DNA of 64,000 bases, taken from NCBI RefSeq assembly GCF_000143415.4, contig NW_003314363.1, positions 372,001-436,000 on the forward strand, given 5' to 3'. The position numbers and the translations under genes were made by a program. Numbering within the stretch: the first letter of the stretch is position 1; each line of letters begins with the position of its first letter. The DNA comes from Selaginella moellendorffii. Its lineage: Eukaryota; Plantae; Lycopodiophyta. This document shows positions 1-13,259 of this stretch, piece by piece. The notes under the pieces were generated by a model. That model was not told where the DNA came from, searched no databases, and was given only the letters and a program-made list of their open reading frames with translations.

Positions 1-74
1 CGTCACCACCTACATTATCCACTGCCAAATGCTCCCCGTTCGACGAAGATCTCCAGGCCCGGGAGAGATCTGCT

Positions 75-1082
75 CTACTCAAGCTCGTGCCCGTTGTGAA
101 GCCATTCCGTTTTCGCGGAGAGCTCGCAGGGCCTGGCTTGGGCCAGTTTATCCGAGGCTTGCCGCGCACTGTCTCCCACTCGCTGCCATCGGATGATTCA
201 AGCCTCTGGTTGCTGAAAAGCTTGAGCAACGCTGCTGTCTGCAAAGTTTCCAGGGAATTAAAAAAAGAAAGAAAAAATTTAATAAACGAATTAGTACAAA
301 GTTGCGAGTACCTCGGACATGGACAGCTCTAGCCTGAATTTCTTTGCTTCATAATGGAAGAGTACCGGCCGAAAGGCATCCTCTTCAAGCGGTGCCCGAT
401 TTTCTCGAATCCGCACGCGAACCTGGATGGATTCTCCCGGGTGTAAGTTGATGATCTACCACCCTTTGCAGTTAGATAGAACTACACGCAACTTACCTGC
501 GCCGGATATCTGGAAACATCAACTCCGGACCTCGCATCCTTGTTGATCCAAGCATCCGGCTCGATATTCAAGCCACCATCACTAGATGCCTACAAGTAGA
601 CGCAAAGTATTAAACCAAAACAAAAGAAGAACTTGGAATAAGATGGTTTTCTCGGGCTCACCTCAAATACTCCGTGCAAGCATCTGTTACTGTAGTTGTA
701 GAGAAATAGTGGCAACCCTTTGCGTATGCCTTTGACGGAATCAATGAAACTCCTTGGCAGCCCTGCAGAGAGAGAGAGAGAGAGAGAAAGAGAAGAGGAG
801 AACAGCACGATCGATTCAACACGGATCTAAACAGAGCAATTTGAAACAGTCACTCCATCCAATTAAGAACAACCAAAAAAGAAGCGAAGAGAAAATGGGA
901 GAAAACGAAAAAAGACAAAAGATTTTACCGAAGAGGCACCGCTCAAAGTCTTCGGGCATGGTCTCATCGTTGCAAAAGAAGATGAATCCGCCCAGCGGCT
1001 GCTCGTGCGGGGACAATCGCGGTACCTCCTGCGGCACGCGCCGCTCCAAGAGAAGCCTGTGATGGTGCGCATTCACAACCAT
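75..1082 (-). CDS. DCD (Development and Cell Death) domain protein, multi-exon
   Basis: Spliced translation gives GGFIFFCNDETMPEDFERCLFG / LPRSFIDSVKGIRKGLPLFLYNYSNRCLHGVFE / ASSDGGLNIEPDAW...RYPAQ / VRVRIRENRAPLEEDAFRPVL, the typical DCD core. ATG 1082 (MVVNAHH), TAG 75-77; start is tentative. Confidence 0.88.
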
Positions 1083-1565
1083 GTCTGTGTCGCGGCCAAA
1101 ACCATCCAAAGAAGGGAGAAATCTCTGAAATCTCAACAAAATCCTTGCCACGGAGAGAAGACACCGATTCCAAGCGCTAGAAATCTCACTCCGCCCGCCC
1201 CGGCGGGCCTGATTAGCTCCGTCACCGGGGCGAAAGCTTCCAGAACAGCAAATTCGTGGAGAATCTCAGAGAATTCGGCTGCTGCGGGGGAGAGAGAATG
1301 AAAAGCCCTAATCTCTTCCACACAAACCCTAAAAAATTTAATGTCCCGTGTCAAACTATATCGCTGAAAGCCTTTTTTTTTTTCTAAAAGACCACTATCT
1401 CTTCCGGGTTCCCTGGTCCAGTTGCCAAAGCGAAAGGAGAAAAATTCAACCAAAGAGTGTCCTCCTCTGTACGAAGCACTCCAAATTTTTTTTCCAAAAT
1501 TCCTTTTTTTTTTCCACGGCGAATGAATGATATATATATTTTTGTCTCGAGAGCAGTCGCGTCCT

Positions 1566-2670
1566 CTAAAAACCTCCAAAAATCGCGAGGAATGCCTCCG
1601 CGTTGGTCAGGTCGTTGAGAATCACGGCATTCGTGCCGCTGGCTTGACGCAATTCACTGCCGGTGAAAATCCCGGTGCACACGGCGACGGGAAGAGCGCC
1701 TCCGAGCTCGGCCGCAGCGACGTCGTTGGGCTGTAGAAAAAAGTTTTTTTTTTTCTTGTGAGCAAAGATGGAAAGAACAAGAAAAAACGTGTTTTTTTTT
1801 TTTTTTTCTCTTTGCTTACCGTGTCGCCAACGTGAGCGTGCAGACGGATGGTCTTGTCGAAGAGCTGGAGAGCTTTTTGGCGAGAGAGCTTGACGAGCTC
1901 GCCGCGGTCTTCATGGTCACTGCCAAATCTTCGCAAGACAAGAGAGTTTTCTCTTCGTCTTGATGGGAAAGAACGACCGAATCGAAGAACTTACCCTCCG
2001 AAATGGGGGACGCTGAAGAACTCCTCGATCCCCAAGCTGACCATCTTCATCCAAGCAATGCCCTCGAGGTTTCCAGTCACCTAGTTGCCAAAAAAGTGAT
2101 TCAAGGTCTGAGCACGACCGGAAAGAGAGGAAGAAGACAATGGGATTTCTTACCAGGCCAATTAAGAAGCTTTCATCCTTGGAGAGCGTCTGGAGGAGAT
2201 GATAAACTCCTGGAAGAAGTTCCAATCCATCTCCAATCTCCGACGCGTGATCGTGTGCGTAGCCAACCATGCTGGCTTTCAGCTCTGGAAGCTTGGCCGT
2301 GGCCTCCTGTAACAAGTGAGATTGCCAAATCACAGTATTTTTTTGTTCTTTCAATCGATCCATACAAACCTGTCTTGGAACCCCGTAATGCTCCAGAGTG
2401 CTCACGAGAATGATCGGATCGGTGCTCCCATGGTGCTACATCGGGTATAGAGATCATAGAAACTTCATTCGTACACCCAGATCTAACACTTACCTTGACA
2501 ACATCAATGGTAGCATCGCGCACGCCAAATATTTCCTCCATGGCGTGCGAGAAGGCGCGCTTGTGGAGGCGATTCGCGAGCGGCCCGACACTGCGCATCA
2601 GAGTGCCATCCACATCGAATGTGACGAGGATCTTGCCGCCATCGCCATCGCCATCGCCATTGCCCGCCAT
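1566..2670 (-). CDS. Haloacid dehalogenase (HAD)-like hydrolase, multi-exon
   Basis: Motif I FDVDGTL, motif II LVTGN, FGSD and motif IV HVGDT|PND across short GT-AG introns. ATG 2670, TAG 1566-1568. Confidence 0.88.
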
Positions 2671-2764
2671 GGAAAGAAATGCGAATCTTCTCAGATGCCA
2701 TAGCTTTGCCCTAATTCGTACAAGTATCTTTCGTACAGGCACACTAAGAAAAGTGGTATTTTTT

Positions 2765-5700
2765 CTACTTCAACTCATAGTATCTGTTGGTTTTGGGATC
2801 ATAGTAACAATCCAGCGTTGGATCATAGAGCAAATCGAGGTCGTCTTCGGATGTTCCTTCGAGATCTGGAGGAGCGAAAGAAGCAAAGTTTGTCACCAAG
2901 AACTTGAATGAATCATATCAAATACCATCAGCCGCGGCTGGACGTCCGCAAAGCTCCTCTAACTGTGCCGATCTTGACTTCCTGCGAGAGGAGCTCGGGC
3001 CGGGAGAGATCTTCCGAGCGCTCTTTGGGCCGGTGGCGCTTCTCCTGCTGGAGTCAAAAAGAAAAAGTTCGCAAGTGCAAAAGAGAAAAAAGAGAACTTG
3101 GTTAGTGACAAAAGGTGATAGTTACCTGTCTAGCTTGAGGACCGGCTTTGCGACCATATGGGGCTCAAACACCGGCTCCTCGCCAGAATCCTCAAACTCT
3201 TCCTCGTCATGCTCATCGTATGCATCGTGCGAATCGTGCTCGTTTAGATTACTGTGGTCCTGTAAAAGCAAAAGAATCTCACAAGTGGAGCTGGGGAAAA
3301 CAAAAAGAAGAAGAAAAAAAAAACACATTACCTGTTCGTGAACAACAAACAAATCATCGGCGCTATCAAACGGAGTGATAGCCACAGTGGTTTCTTCTGG
3401 CAAGAAGAAAGAACAAAGAGTTAAAAACCAAACATTCAAGTTTTTAAAGGTGGACCTTCCAAGTTCTAGAGGTGGAACTCCCAAGTTCTAGAGGGAACTT
3501 CCAAGTTATAGAGAAGAACTTCCAGTTCTAGAGGTGGAACTTACGTACCCTTGGCGATGGCATCGCTGCTGGGAGCCTTTCCCCCGCTCAACCGCGTCTT
3601 CTTGACGAGGTCCTCGAGATCATTCAGCGCGCTGGGGCTGCCCCGGCCCGAGCTCCCCGAGCACCAGCTCTCATCGTCCGACGCCGACGCCGAGTTGTTC
3701 CCTTCCCGGAGCATGAAGTCCTTCTCCAGCTCAAACTGGTAGAACTTGAGCCCCTCGGCGTCCCTGCCCGCGATCGTCTTGGACGGCTTTTGCTCGGCTT
3801 GCGACGAGGACGAGTTCGCCGGCTGTGGAGCCTGTGCCAGGTCCGGAGCAGCGGTATCCTCCGAGGCCTCCTTCTCCTTGTCCTCGCCATCCTCGGACAT
3901 GGACGAGAAGATCTCCGTGTCGTCCTGTGCGTAGTCTCCCAGCTTCTCAAACAAGGTGTGCACCTTGAAGTTCATGTCGTCGGAGCCGCGAGCGCTGGCG
4001 GATCTCTCCCATCCGCACGGGGTGATGGGGGGAGAGTCCTCGTACCTGGCCTGCTGCCTGAAATCCTTGGCTCTCACCAGCTCGGCCTCCTTCCGCCCGT
4101 GCTTGCCGTTTGCGATGTATGGTATCTCGGCTCGCTTCCACGCCTGTTCTTCCTTCTTCTTTCCCGGCTTTGCGCCACCACCACCTTTCATAAGCTCGAC
4201 AGCATTCTCGGCCTTCTTCTCGACTCTGGCGGCTTCGTTGCTGGCTACTAGCATTGCTGCAATGTTGTTGGTGTTGTTCTCGCCTTTCTTGGTCGTGGTT
4301 GTGCTGGGAGTTTGGATGTCTGGAGTGGAGGACCTCGCAAGCATGGGAGACCTCCGGTCGAGCTTCTCCGGGGCCGTCCTGTTGGTCGTCGTGTCCATGG
4401 AGGTGTCCGGCGGGAGCGGGAGCTTTGGCTGCTTCTCCCTGACGTGCCTTTCTTCGATGGTGGCCTGAGTATTTTGCTGCGTGGTGGAGGAGACGAGAGG
4501 CATCCTGGAGCCAAACGCGACGTGCACCTGTCTCGGATACTCCATCCTGTTCAATGTCAACTTTCTGGCGCTCAGGACAGACTCCGGACCACCTCGAGCT
4601 GCATCGATCGTGAAGTCAGTTTCAAGCAAGAGAGAACTAGAACAAGCAAACAAAGGCAAGAAGAAGAAGAAGAAGAAGAAGAAGAAGGAGTCTCAAACTT
4701 ACCATCAATGGAAGGAATCTCAATGCCAAGAGCAGACTGTAACTTCGCAATATCAATCACTTGCGAACAGTTCTCCACCCCCGACGCAAACATATGTTCT
4801 TGAGGGAGCGGTTCCTCGATGCCAAGCGCATTCTCGCCTCCAGTCTCTGCTAGCCGGGTCCTCAGCGTGAATATCTTCCGGAGCTTACAGACGGGTCCTA
4901 GGACAATAACTTCAACGGACCTGTGGATCAAGAAACCAAAACCAAAATGAAACGAGTGTTAAAAACATCTCCAGGACCTTTAGACTATTGCACGGAGGCC
5001 ACTATTCTCACCGAAAACTTATTACCCGGAAACAATTGTAGAAAAGGTCTGGGACATGCAGTGCCAAGCTGAGCCAAATGTTCCGCATTATCTGTCGATC
5101 ACAGCCTTGATCCTTTGATTATGCTTGGGAGATTTCCAGAGCATCTAGCTTACCATTGAGATTGGAATCTGGCAGTGAAGAGGCGTGATCTTGAGCTCGC
5201 TGAAAGAGGTGGAAAAGTACATCTTTCGCCGAGTATTCGTAGTGTCACTCACCCTGCATCTCTACTGATTGTTACTACTGCAACGAGAAAAGCACTAAAA
5301 GAAGAATGAAATCGCAAAGGATAGATCATATACCTTAGCTCGAAGTTGAAATGCTGTCCGGAGGGAATAAAGAGCTGTAGCACCAGATATGGATGAATCA
5401 ACTGGAGGCCTGACTCAATCACAATGAGAAAAAAAGGAGGTAAGCTCAACTCATAAGCTTTGCAAAACAAAAACAACAAAAACAAAAGAGTATCACACCT
5501 GTTTTGGTCTCGTCCTTCGGTAGCTGGATCTTGGACGAATGCGCTCCAGTACAGGAATACACATAGCCTTTCACCGATTTGTCATAAACCTGCGAAGAAG
5601 AAAAAGAAGAAAAAAGAGATAAAAATCCCATCTTTCGTGCTGGAAAATCAATGGGAGTGTACCTTTTGGATACCTTTCCCGCAGAGCTTGCAATTCACCA

Positions 5701-5993
5701 AGGGATTGCTTCCCTGCAACCAGAAAACACACACACACACACACACGCCCACACAAGATGGAATGAGAAAACCAATATCTTGGAGCGAGCAATACCTGAG
5801 CACTAAACACTGTAAACGTCGATCCTCCTTGGTACTGTGAAGACCTCCCAGCCATGACCGCGCCCCCGCCTTTGGTCCCGATAGCTGCCGGAATGCTCAC
5901 GGTGGCGATGCCCGTCATACTCGCGCTGCTCATCTTGTTTGCCGCCCCGGCACTCCGGCCTTCGATACCCAGAGTTGCCATACTGTAATGCAT
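2765..5993 (-). CDS. CFAP20DC: CFAP20 domain-containing protein (CFAP20DC/C3orf67-like, DUF667 N-terminus), multi-exon
   Basis: N-terminal exons YQGGSTFTVFSAQ|GSNP...VYDKSVKGYVY...KIQLPK...LIHPYLVLQLFIPSGQHFNFELR...RRKMYFSTSFSELKITPLHCQIP...CKLRKIFTLR, a long low-complexity middle, and a terminal exon DLDLLYDPTLDCYYDPKTNRYYELK* matching the C3orf67-type C-terminal motif. Start either 5993 or 5855. Confidence 0.82.
3437..3543. repeat. Intronic minisatellite, ~5 degenerate copies of a 20-23 bp unit (CAAGTTCTAGAGGTGGAACTTC)
   Basis: Directly visible tandem units next to a 5' splice site of the CFAP20DC-like gene. Confidence 0.8.
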
Positions 5994-6289
5994 CTGTGTA
6001 CCATCGATCGGCTTCCCAGCTCCTCTTCCACGAAAGCTCTCGCTTCTTGCTTGCTAGGGCTGTAAACGCAATGAAAAGTTAGTTACAGGGGTTCCCGGTC
6101 CCGTGAAACTTTGGCCTTCTTTCCTTTTTAACCTTTTAATTGTTTTTTTTTTCGTGTTTGTTTTCCACTTGGCGGTTGCTCTGATTCAGGTGAAGAACCG
6201 GCCGGTACTTTGGAGAAGCCTCTCTTCCTTTTTTTCGTTTCTTCGCTTCGTCTGGTTGCTCGAACTCTTGGTTTTGTATAAATGTGGTG

Positions 6290-7237
6290 ATGGCGATCAC
6301 CCGCGCCGACTTGGAGATCAGAAAGGGTCTCTTCTCCGGCAAGGTGAGCAACAGCTTGATCATCGTGGGGACGCTGCTGCTGGGTTTTATCGCGTTTGCG
6401 TTTTGCTTGATTGCCGAGACTGCACGAACACAGGTACATCTCGTCAAAGCTCTTCTCGAGTAAGGAAAAGAAAAGCTAGAAAAGAAGACGACCTTAACTG
6501 TGGGTGCCAATGGCTGCTACAGGTGCTATGGACGTCCATGTCCGTCCCCAGCCTCTTGGACACCGATGCCTACACGGACATGAAGTGCAGCTACTCCAAA
6601 GCCGGGAGCGCGGCGCTCGCCTGCGCTCTTGGAGCTTTGATCGCGATGGTGATCTCGCTCGCTCTGGCTTTGTCGAGGAAGAACTCGGAAGAGATCATCC
6701 AGCCCCTCAGCATCTGGAACACGAGCACCACCGTCACGTCGGCTCTTCGATGGCAAGCCGCGATATTTCTCGTCACGTCCTGGTAACATAAAAAAAATCA
6801 AGCAAAGTTCTCAAGAGTGATCCAAAGTGTTTTGTTTTAATTTACATACCAGGACCTCCTTCGCGGTTGCAGCAGCATTGTTGCTGATTGGAATTATCCT
6901 AGAGGCAGGCATTGTGTTTGAGTCCTCGAGGAGAACCGAGCCAAGAGATCAATGCCTGGTGGTTAGCCAGGGACTGTTCACCGGAGCCGGGATCTTCGCT
7001 CTCGTGTCAACTTCCGCGATGTCCGCCTTCTACATCGCAGCTCTTCATGCGGTGAAGCTCGAGCAGCGAACCCAAGCCGCGAACCAGGAGCTCTCCACGA
7101 CCGTGGGTGGCGAATCCAACACGAGAGCCGCAGAAACCAGCACCATTGTCAACGACGAAGACGCTCCTCCTCCATCGCCACCACTTTCCTCCATCGCTAC
7201 GGCTACGGCTTCCTCTGCAAATCCCAAAGGGGTTTAA
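6290..7237 (+). CDS. DUF1218 family membrane protein, 3 exons
   Basis: Exons 6290-6433, 6523-6782, 6853-7237: MAITRADL...LLGFIAFAFCLIAE...CSY...W|TSFAVAAALLLIG...CLVVSQGLFTGAGIFAL, the 4-TM DUF1218 pattern. Confidence 0.85.
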
Positions 7238-8140
7238 GATCATCGAAATGGAAACTTGACAAGCCTACTATATCTCGACGGGACCCCTCGAGGACGCTGA
7301 TCAAAGCGTTGACAATTTACGCCGCTAAGTTGTTTCAGCGTCTGGACTTTAACACACTGGAGAAGACAAGCATAGCCTTGCAGATTTAAGTCTCAAACTT
7401 GACAGCTCTTGCACTGAGAAGGAAACTTTGACGCTGCTCTTCTATTCTTCTACGCTCTTATCACTTCTACAAACGGTATAAGCTCCTCGCTCATTCCCAC
7501 CAACAACAAAAGCAGCAGATTGTAATGATCTAAAGACACTAGAGCAAAGGAAGAGTCCAAAACGATTAGAGATGAATCAGCACCCATTTTGCTTATTTAG
7601 ACTTGCATGCCACTTCATTGTTTACATAGACCTCATTATTAAGGATGATGTATGTAATTATTTTTAAGTATTTAAAAGTAAAACATAAAATATACTTTTT
7701 ATTCTACTATAACAGCATTATCCTTATTGTATAGCATAATATGAATACATATTATTAATTGGAACATTTATATATAATGATTGTTGGGTTGATTATGGTT
7801 CAAAGTGGTTGAATCAATTGAACTCCACTCATTATACAGTCAACCACTCTTAAAATTCTGTTTATTTAATTACTAAAGTTCATATAAATTATATTGAATT
7901 GATATAAAATATAGTGAAAAGATCCCTTCCTCACTATAGTACAATAAAAGGAGTATACAACTCTTACTTTCAAGAATATATTTGATGAAAAATATATATT
8001 AAATTATAGTCACATACCCATTAACAACATAAAGTTTAATATACTAATTTAGAGGTAGTCATTAAAAATTTACTGGGAGCAAGGAGTGAGCATGGCAACG
8101 GGGTAACTATGTAAAAAACAAGATGCATTTCTCCCCAACA

Positions 8141-8542
8141 ATGTTTGCTGAAGGCTTTACTCCTTCTTTCAGGTCATGCACACTTGCTGGTGGCTGGTTG
8201 ATGATGGACATGGAGCTGTGCTTACATGATGATGGCTGGGTATAATTTCAATTCCAACAGTTGGGTCCATCAAAGGAGGTATGGGAAGTTTGCAAAGAGA
8301 AGGTGGTGGAGGCGTATAAAACTTTGCAGCTCAAGTTTCCTGGGGATTTGCAAAAGGCATCATGTATAATCTTTCGAGCAAGCAATTAGCTTTTCTGGAC
8401 TTTGATTCGGCCAGGCTCGAAGGACAAGACCAAGTACCCATTGCTAATTAACCCTCATGGTGTGGGTCCTTGCAAACCTATAAAAGTCAAACATGACCAA
8501 TAGTTGTTTGCTACTGAGTTGGTTCTAGCCTTTGCTGATTAA
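8141..8542 (+). pseudogene. Degenerate relic of the atypical kinase domain of the family at 27692-29315
   Basis: Broken translation FAEGFTP...LAGGWLMMDME...DDGWV* ...GDLQ...FLDFDSARLEG / KYPLLINP..GVGPCKPIKVKHD is colinear with AAAGFAP...LAGGWMEVKME...ENGWE...HGD...FIDFDWASIHG..RYPPFMN...GAECGLVMEQSHD. Confidence 0.7.
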
Positions 8543-10934
8543 ATAAGAAAATGCTGCAAAGCTGCCATTAAACTGAACTACTACCACATTACTCTAAACT
8601 TGGTCACACTTGGGAGAATAAACCAGCTACAAGACCTCCCACTTAGATTTTGCAACCTATTGGTCTTCTATATAAGGGTGACTAGAAATCCAGAAGATAA
8701 TCATTCCCTTCTATATGGTGGCTTGTGGTCTTATTGAAACTATGTCACAATGCAAAACAACATGAAACCCATGTTAAGGATATAGTATGAGCGTCCAACA
8801 AATAATGCTCTTCTAAACTATTGATTTATAGCATTGTTTGAGTCTTCTGATAGAGGATGGTCCAAAGTTGAGTTGAGCTTAACTCAACTTAAGTAAATGA
8901 AAGTCAATGAAAGTCAATTTAGTCAATTAAAAGTCTTATAAAGGAAATCTAAATTGAAGAAATGAAGGCTCTAACAAACTTTAAAATATTGAAACATGTA
9001 AGTAATTGGGTTAAAAGTTTCTACTAGAATGAATTATTTAAAAAAGATAAAATGAATAAGAATTTATCTTTTCTAAAGTTATATTATTTTACTGATTACT
9101 ATTATAGTTATCATCTATATAAATTTTTGACTAATTTTAAGCTGTTATATATTTATATACTATTCCTTTATTAGAAAGTTTTTATTATTAAGAAGATGGG
9201 AAGCAAGGAAAATAAAGGTGAATAAGAGTTGTGGTGCAAAGGAATGTGAAAATATTAATTTTGTTTCACTACCACAATTTCCATATTACACTCTTGGTCT
9301 TTATTACCCATTTGAAAATGTGGAGGGCACTTTCATTATTGATGAAAATACTTATGTTACTTCCAAAATAACAATTTAGAACAAGAGAAATGAATAGCAA
9401 AGGAGAAAGCACAAAATAAAACTTTTCATGACATTTGTAATTTATATATTAATTCATATCAAAAACTCTATTGCCTATCTATATCACAATCCCTCCATAT
9501 AAAAAGACCAAGATCTATTTTTATGGTGAATCTCTAACAAGAGTGTTCAGGAGTTATTTGTGAATAATAATAAAAGAAAATTGAAATCTTTTGAAAGACT
9601 TAAAAGTAATATCACATCAAAGAATCAACTTTATCTATATTTCCAAGACTAAAAGGTAATTTTATATGAGAGAATAACAACATGCCAATATACCACTATA
9701 ATGCAATTTATATTTCCCTACAGTCTATCTCCCTAGAAAATTGGTATATGTAGAAAATAATATGTACATAGTGAAGTAGGTTATTATCAGAATGATAGAG
9801 CATATGTATATATGATAATTTAGAATTCTAAAAGCTCTTATGTTTACAAGCAAGCTATGATTATGAAACCCTATTTCCAAGACTAACATTTCAAAAATCT
9901 GAGTATTGTCAATGTCATAATAAATAAACTTCATTCCCAAGACTAAAACTTAATATATAAACTACCAAGAAAAGTTATAGTCATTATAGTTTTTTTATTT
10001 TTCTTAAGATCTTTGGAAGTTTATATAAAAATAGCATGAAAGAAAGTCATTGCTACTTGTATTTAACATCCTAGCATTTTATACCAATCTCCACTTCTAT
10101 CCTTAAGTTCTACCAACATTCCACTTTTACCTCGACATAATAATATTCTTTTTGCTGAGGGCTCTAGTGAAGTTAAACTAAAGCTCCCTATATATAAAAT
10201 TCCAGATCTTGCTACTACCTCTAGTGCTTCAAGAGTAATACCATATGTTTTTGCAAGATTTTTCTCCTGATATGGTGGGACTTCTTAAAAGTACAAAACG
10301 CTATTATATTTGATGTTTAATATGCTATTTTTTTTGGATAAGACAAATGGTTTTATGGCTTTACAATTTTTTCTTGAGAACTGTAACAATTGCATAATAG
10401 TAGGTCTAGAAAATATGCACGTAAATGTACAATAAATTCAAGAACAAGTTACAAACACATACCCATAACAACATCCCCTTGGGAAACACTACATTAGCTA
10501 ATGCAAAATATAAGGTTTTTAAGCCACTCTATAGTGGAATGTAAGATTTAAAATTACTTTACTACTACTATAGTATTGTCTCTTTTAAAAGAAAAAAAAA
10601 TTAATGAAATTATATTAATTGTAGGCAACATACTTTGTTCTAAATAGTGCTATCATATCATATACAATTGTTTACAAGATGTTTAAGGAGGAGATGCAAC
10701 ACACAAGCACTACAAAGTGATGGTAACAAAGGAGAATAACAATTTACAATTATGATATTTGACACTAACACTAATATTGACACTATCACTGACATCTAAC
10801 ACTTTAACAGATATTTAATATATAATAAGCTTTTTATTTTATGTAAGAATGCAATTAACTTTCTTTTACTTCATCATCAACATATTGATTCCTTTTATGC
10901 CTCCTCCTATATTGGTATTATGAGGAAGATTTAC

Positions 10935-12233
10935 CTTGCATTTGTTGAGCTATGGCTTCTGCATAGTTGGGGAAACTTCCAAAGCCTCCAATTTTAGAAA
11001 CTCTAAATGGTTGTGATCTATAAAATAGAACTAAACATGTATTGAAATCTTAATAAATATAATTTACCTCTTTGAGGTTGAAAGCAACTTATGAAATCCT
11101 TTGAGCTAGTGTTTGAAGAAATGATGTTCTTCAATAGCAAATATTAACCTACCAAAGTTATATACTGCTTTCACCATATAATTGTTATTTATTGTGCAAT
11201 CAATCACAACACTATTTAGTAGGCAATAGAGCTGAAGTAAAACTTGTATCATTAATAGAGTTTAAAATCGATACCTAGCAAATGTGTTGTGAATTTGCTC
11301 ATCCACAAGGTTGGGTATGATATTAGTGGAATTGTTGTAGCCAAGCAAAACATGTATTGCATGCTCACTATCACGAAACCCATCATATATGTTTTTGCAG
11401 AAAATATGATAGGTCCATATCATAATTTAGAAAATAAAAATTTTAGAAATTAAATAAAAATATGAAATACATAATCACCTTTTCAAGCTTCCCTTGGACA
11501 CCCCTAGTATTAATGCCAATAAAATCCATAATGCACCCGGAAGAGAATGACTTGAAATGAACTTCTGTTGCACACATCATAAACTCATACATCCAGTTGG
11601 GATTGTTTAGTAAGATGAAGACAATATAACCAACTTCGAGCATAAGTGCTTTGGTTTGTAAAATTCACTTTTGCTTACCTTAAGGTTGACATAATATTTT
11701 ATAAACCACTTGATCATTGTCATTTGCTACTGGAACCTAATCTAGATTTTAGATGTCTGATGGTGGAATTGGAGTTTAATCTTAGCCATTTGGTAGTGGA
11801 ATGTGAGCTTGATCTAGAACTTCCTTATCTTCCTCTCTATCGTCACTTATATCACCATTGTTGTTAATATTGATAACTTCCTTTTGATCTATCTTCTTCC
11901 TTAAAAGCTCTAACTTGCAAAGGCATTCTATCTTCTGTGCCTTTGGAACTCTCGTAAACATTGTTGGGTACATTCTTCCATCCTTTACACGTTTTGTAAC
12001 AAGTCGAGTGTAAACTAGTGCCTCAAATGGCATACTTTTATATTGAAGATACATGTAAATAATATATATTTAAAAAAGATTTTATAAATCATGTTATACC
12101 AATAAATTATATATTGCATGAAATAAGGCTGACCATATTGGCAATTATAAGTTATTGTGCTTGTATACTTCTCTTGTAACCACCCCTCTTTGATCCTTTC
12201 TAATGATGTATTGATGTAAATGTCAAAGGACAT
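10935..12233 (-). pseudogene. AT-eroded multi-exon gene or transposon-gene relic of unknown identity
   Basis: Alternating coding-like blocks and short GT...AG intron-like segments on the minus strand, with in-frame stops. No family recognised. Confidence 0.3.
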
Positions 12234-13259
12234 GAATGTGTCATTTAGATTATCACTAATATGTAGTGCTAAGAATTTCTCACATTCATCTATAGTTTAT
12301 GTGATGTAAACAACCCTTCTTATCATGTTCTCAAATACTTTTGGCAATTCTTTCTCTTTATTCATTAAGTAGATATTAAAGAACTTTAAAGTCTTTATCT
12401 ATTTTTTGAGGAAGTTTTGATTTTGCAATATTGTAAATCATGTTATTTGAATTTTTATTCATTACAAAAGTAACATATGCATAATTGAGAAAAATGAAGC
12501 GTGATAAAAAACTTACATTTATAAGAAGAAATTTTAATTATAGGGTATAGTACGATTGTCTGCAATGCATACTAGTTTCTTCAATTTTGAAGACTTTGTA
12601 TATTGAATTTTGTGCTTAATTTGTACGAATTTAGCCAAGAGCTCTTTTTGACTCTTCTCTAGATGTGTAAGTTTATATGCAAGGTTATACAATTTTCTTG
12701 ACCTTTATCAAAGGCTAGAAACCAAAACAATAAAATAAAGCCATTATAAAATGAAAGGGAAAAACATATCTTACATCATATAGCAAATATAAAATTGATT
12801 AGGTTATTGAACCATATTGTACTAGTGTGAGTGCCAAACAAGTGTTACAAGATCATCACCATAATATTGGCAATTGTCATCCTCACTCAAATTTAGTAAA
12901 AAATGGAATTGCTCAATATCATGGATAGCATTCTACTTTTGGACAGCAAACTGCCCAAGCTTGCATTTAAACATGATAAAACAAGTTAAAGTGGAGTTGA
13001 AGGTGAAATTATAAAAGTTACACATTGATCTTTTGGTAAGCCAAAATAAGTCTGCTGACATTTAAAGGTCCCCTTGTGTAAATGTGGCTAACTAAAACAT
13101 TAATATATTAGATAGGATCATTGCAAAAATAATCATCAATACACTTTATCCAAGCCACCAATAGTTACCGTCAATAATATGGAACATTATCCTTGCAAAT
13201 TGTCGATTTTCAAGATGGTTAATAAACATGTTATTGAATTTAAAAGACTTCCTCCAACA

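Noticed and set aside
3437-3543. CRISPR-like array
   Set aside because: Units are contiguous with no unique spacers, it lies in a eukaryotic intron, and there are no cas genes.
11150-11650. PIF/Harbinger transposase (VIDCT-like motif)
   Set aside because: Only one short motif; no colinear DDE blocks or TIRs could be found, so it is left as unidentified.
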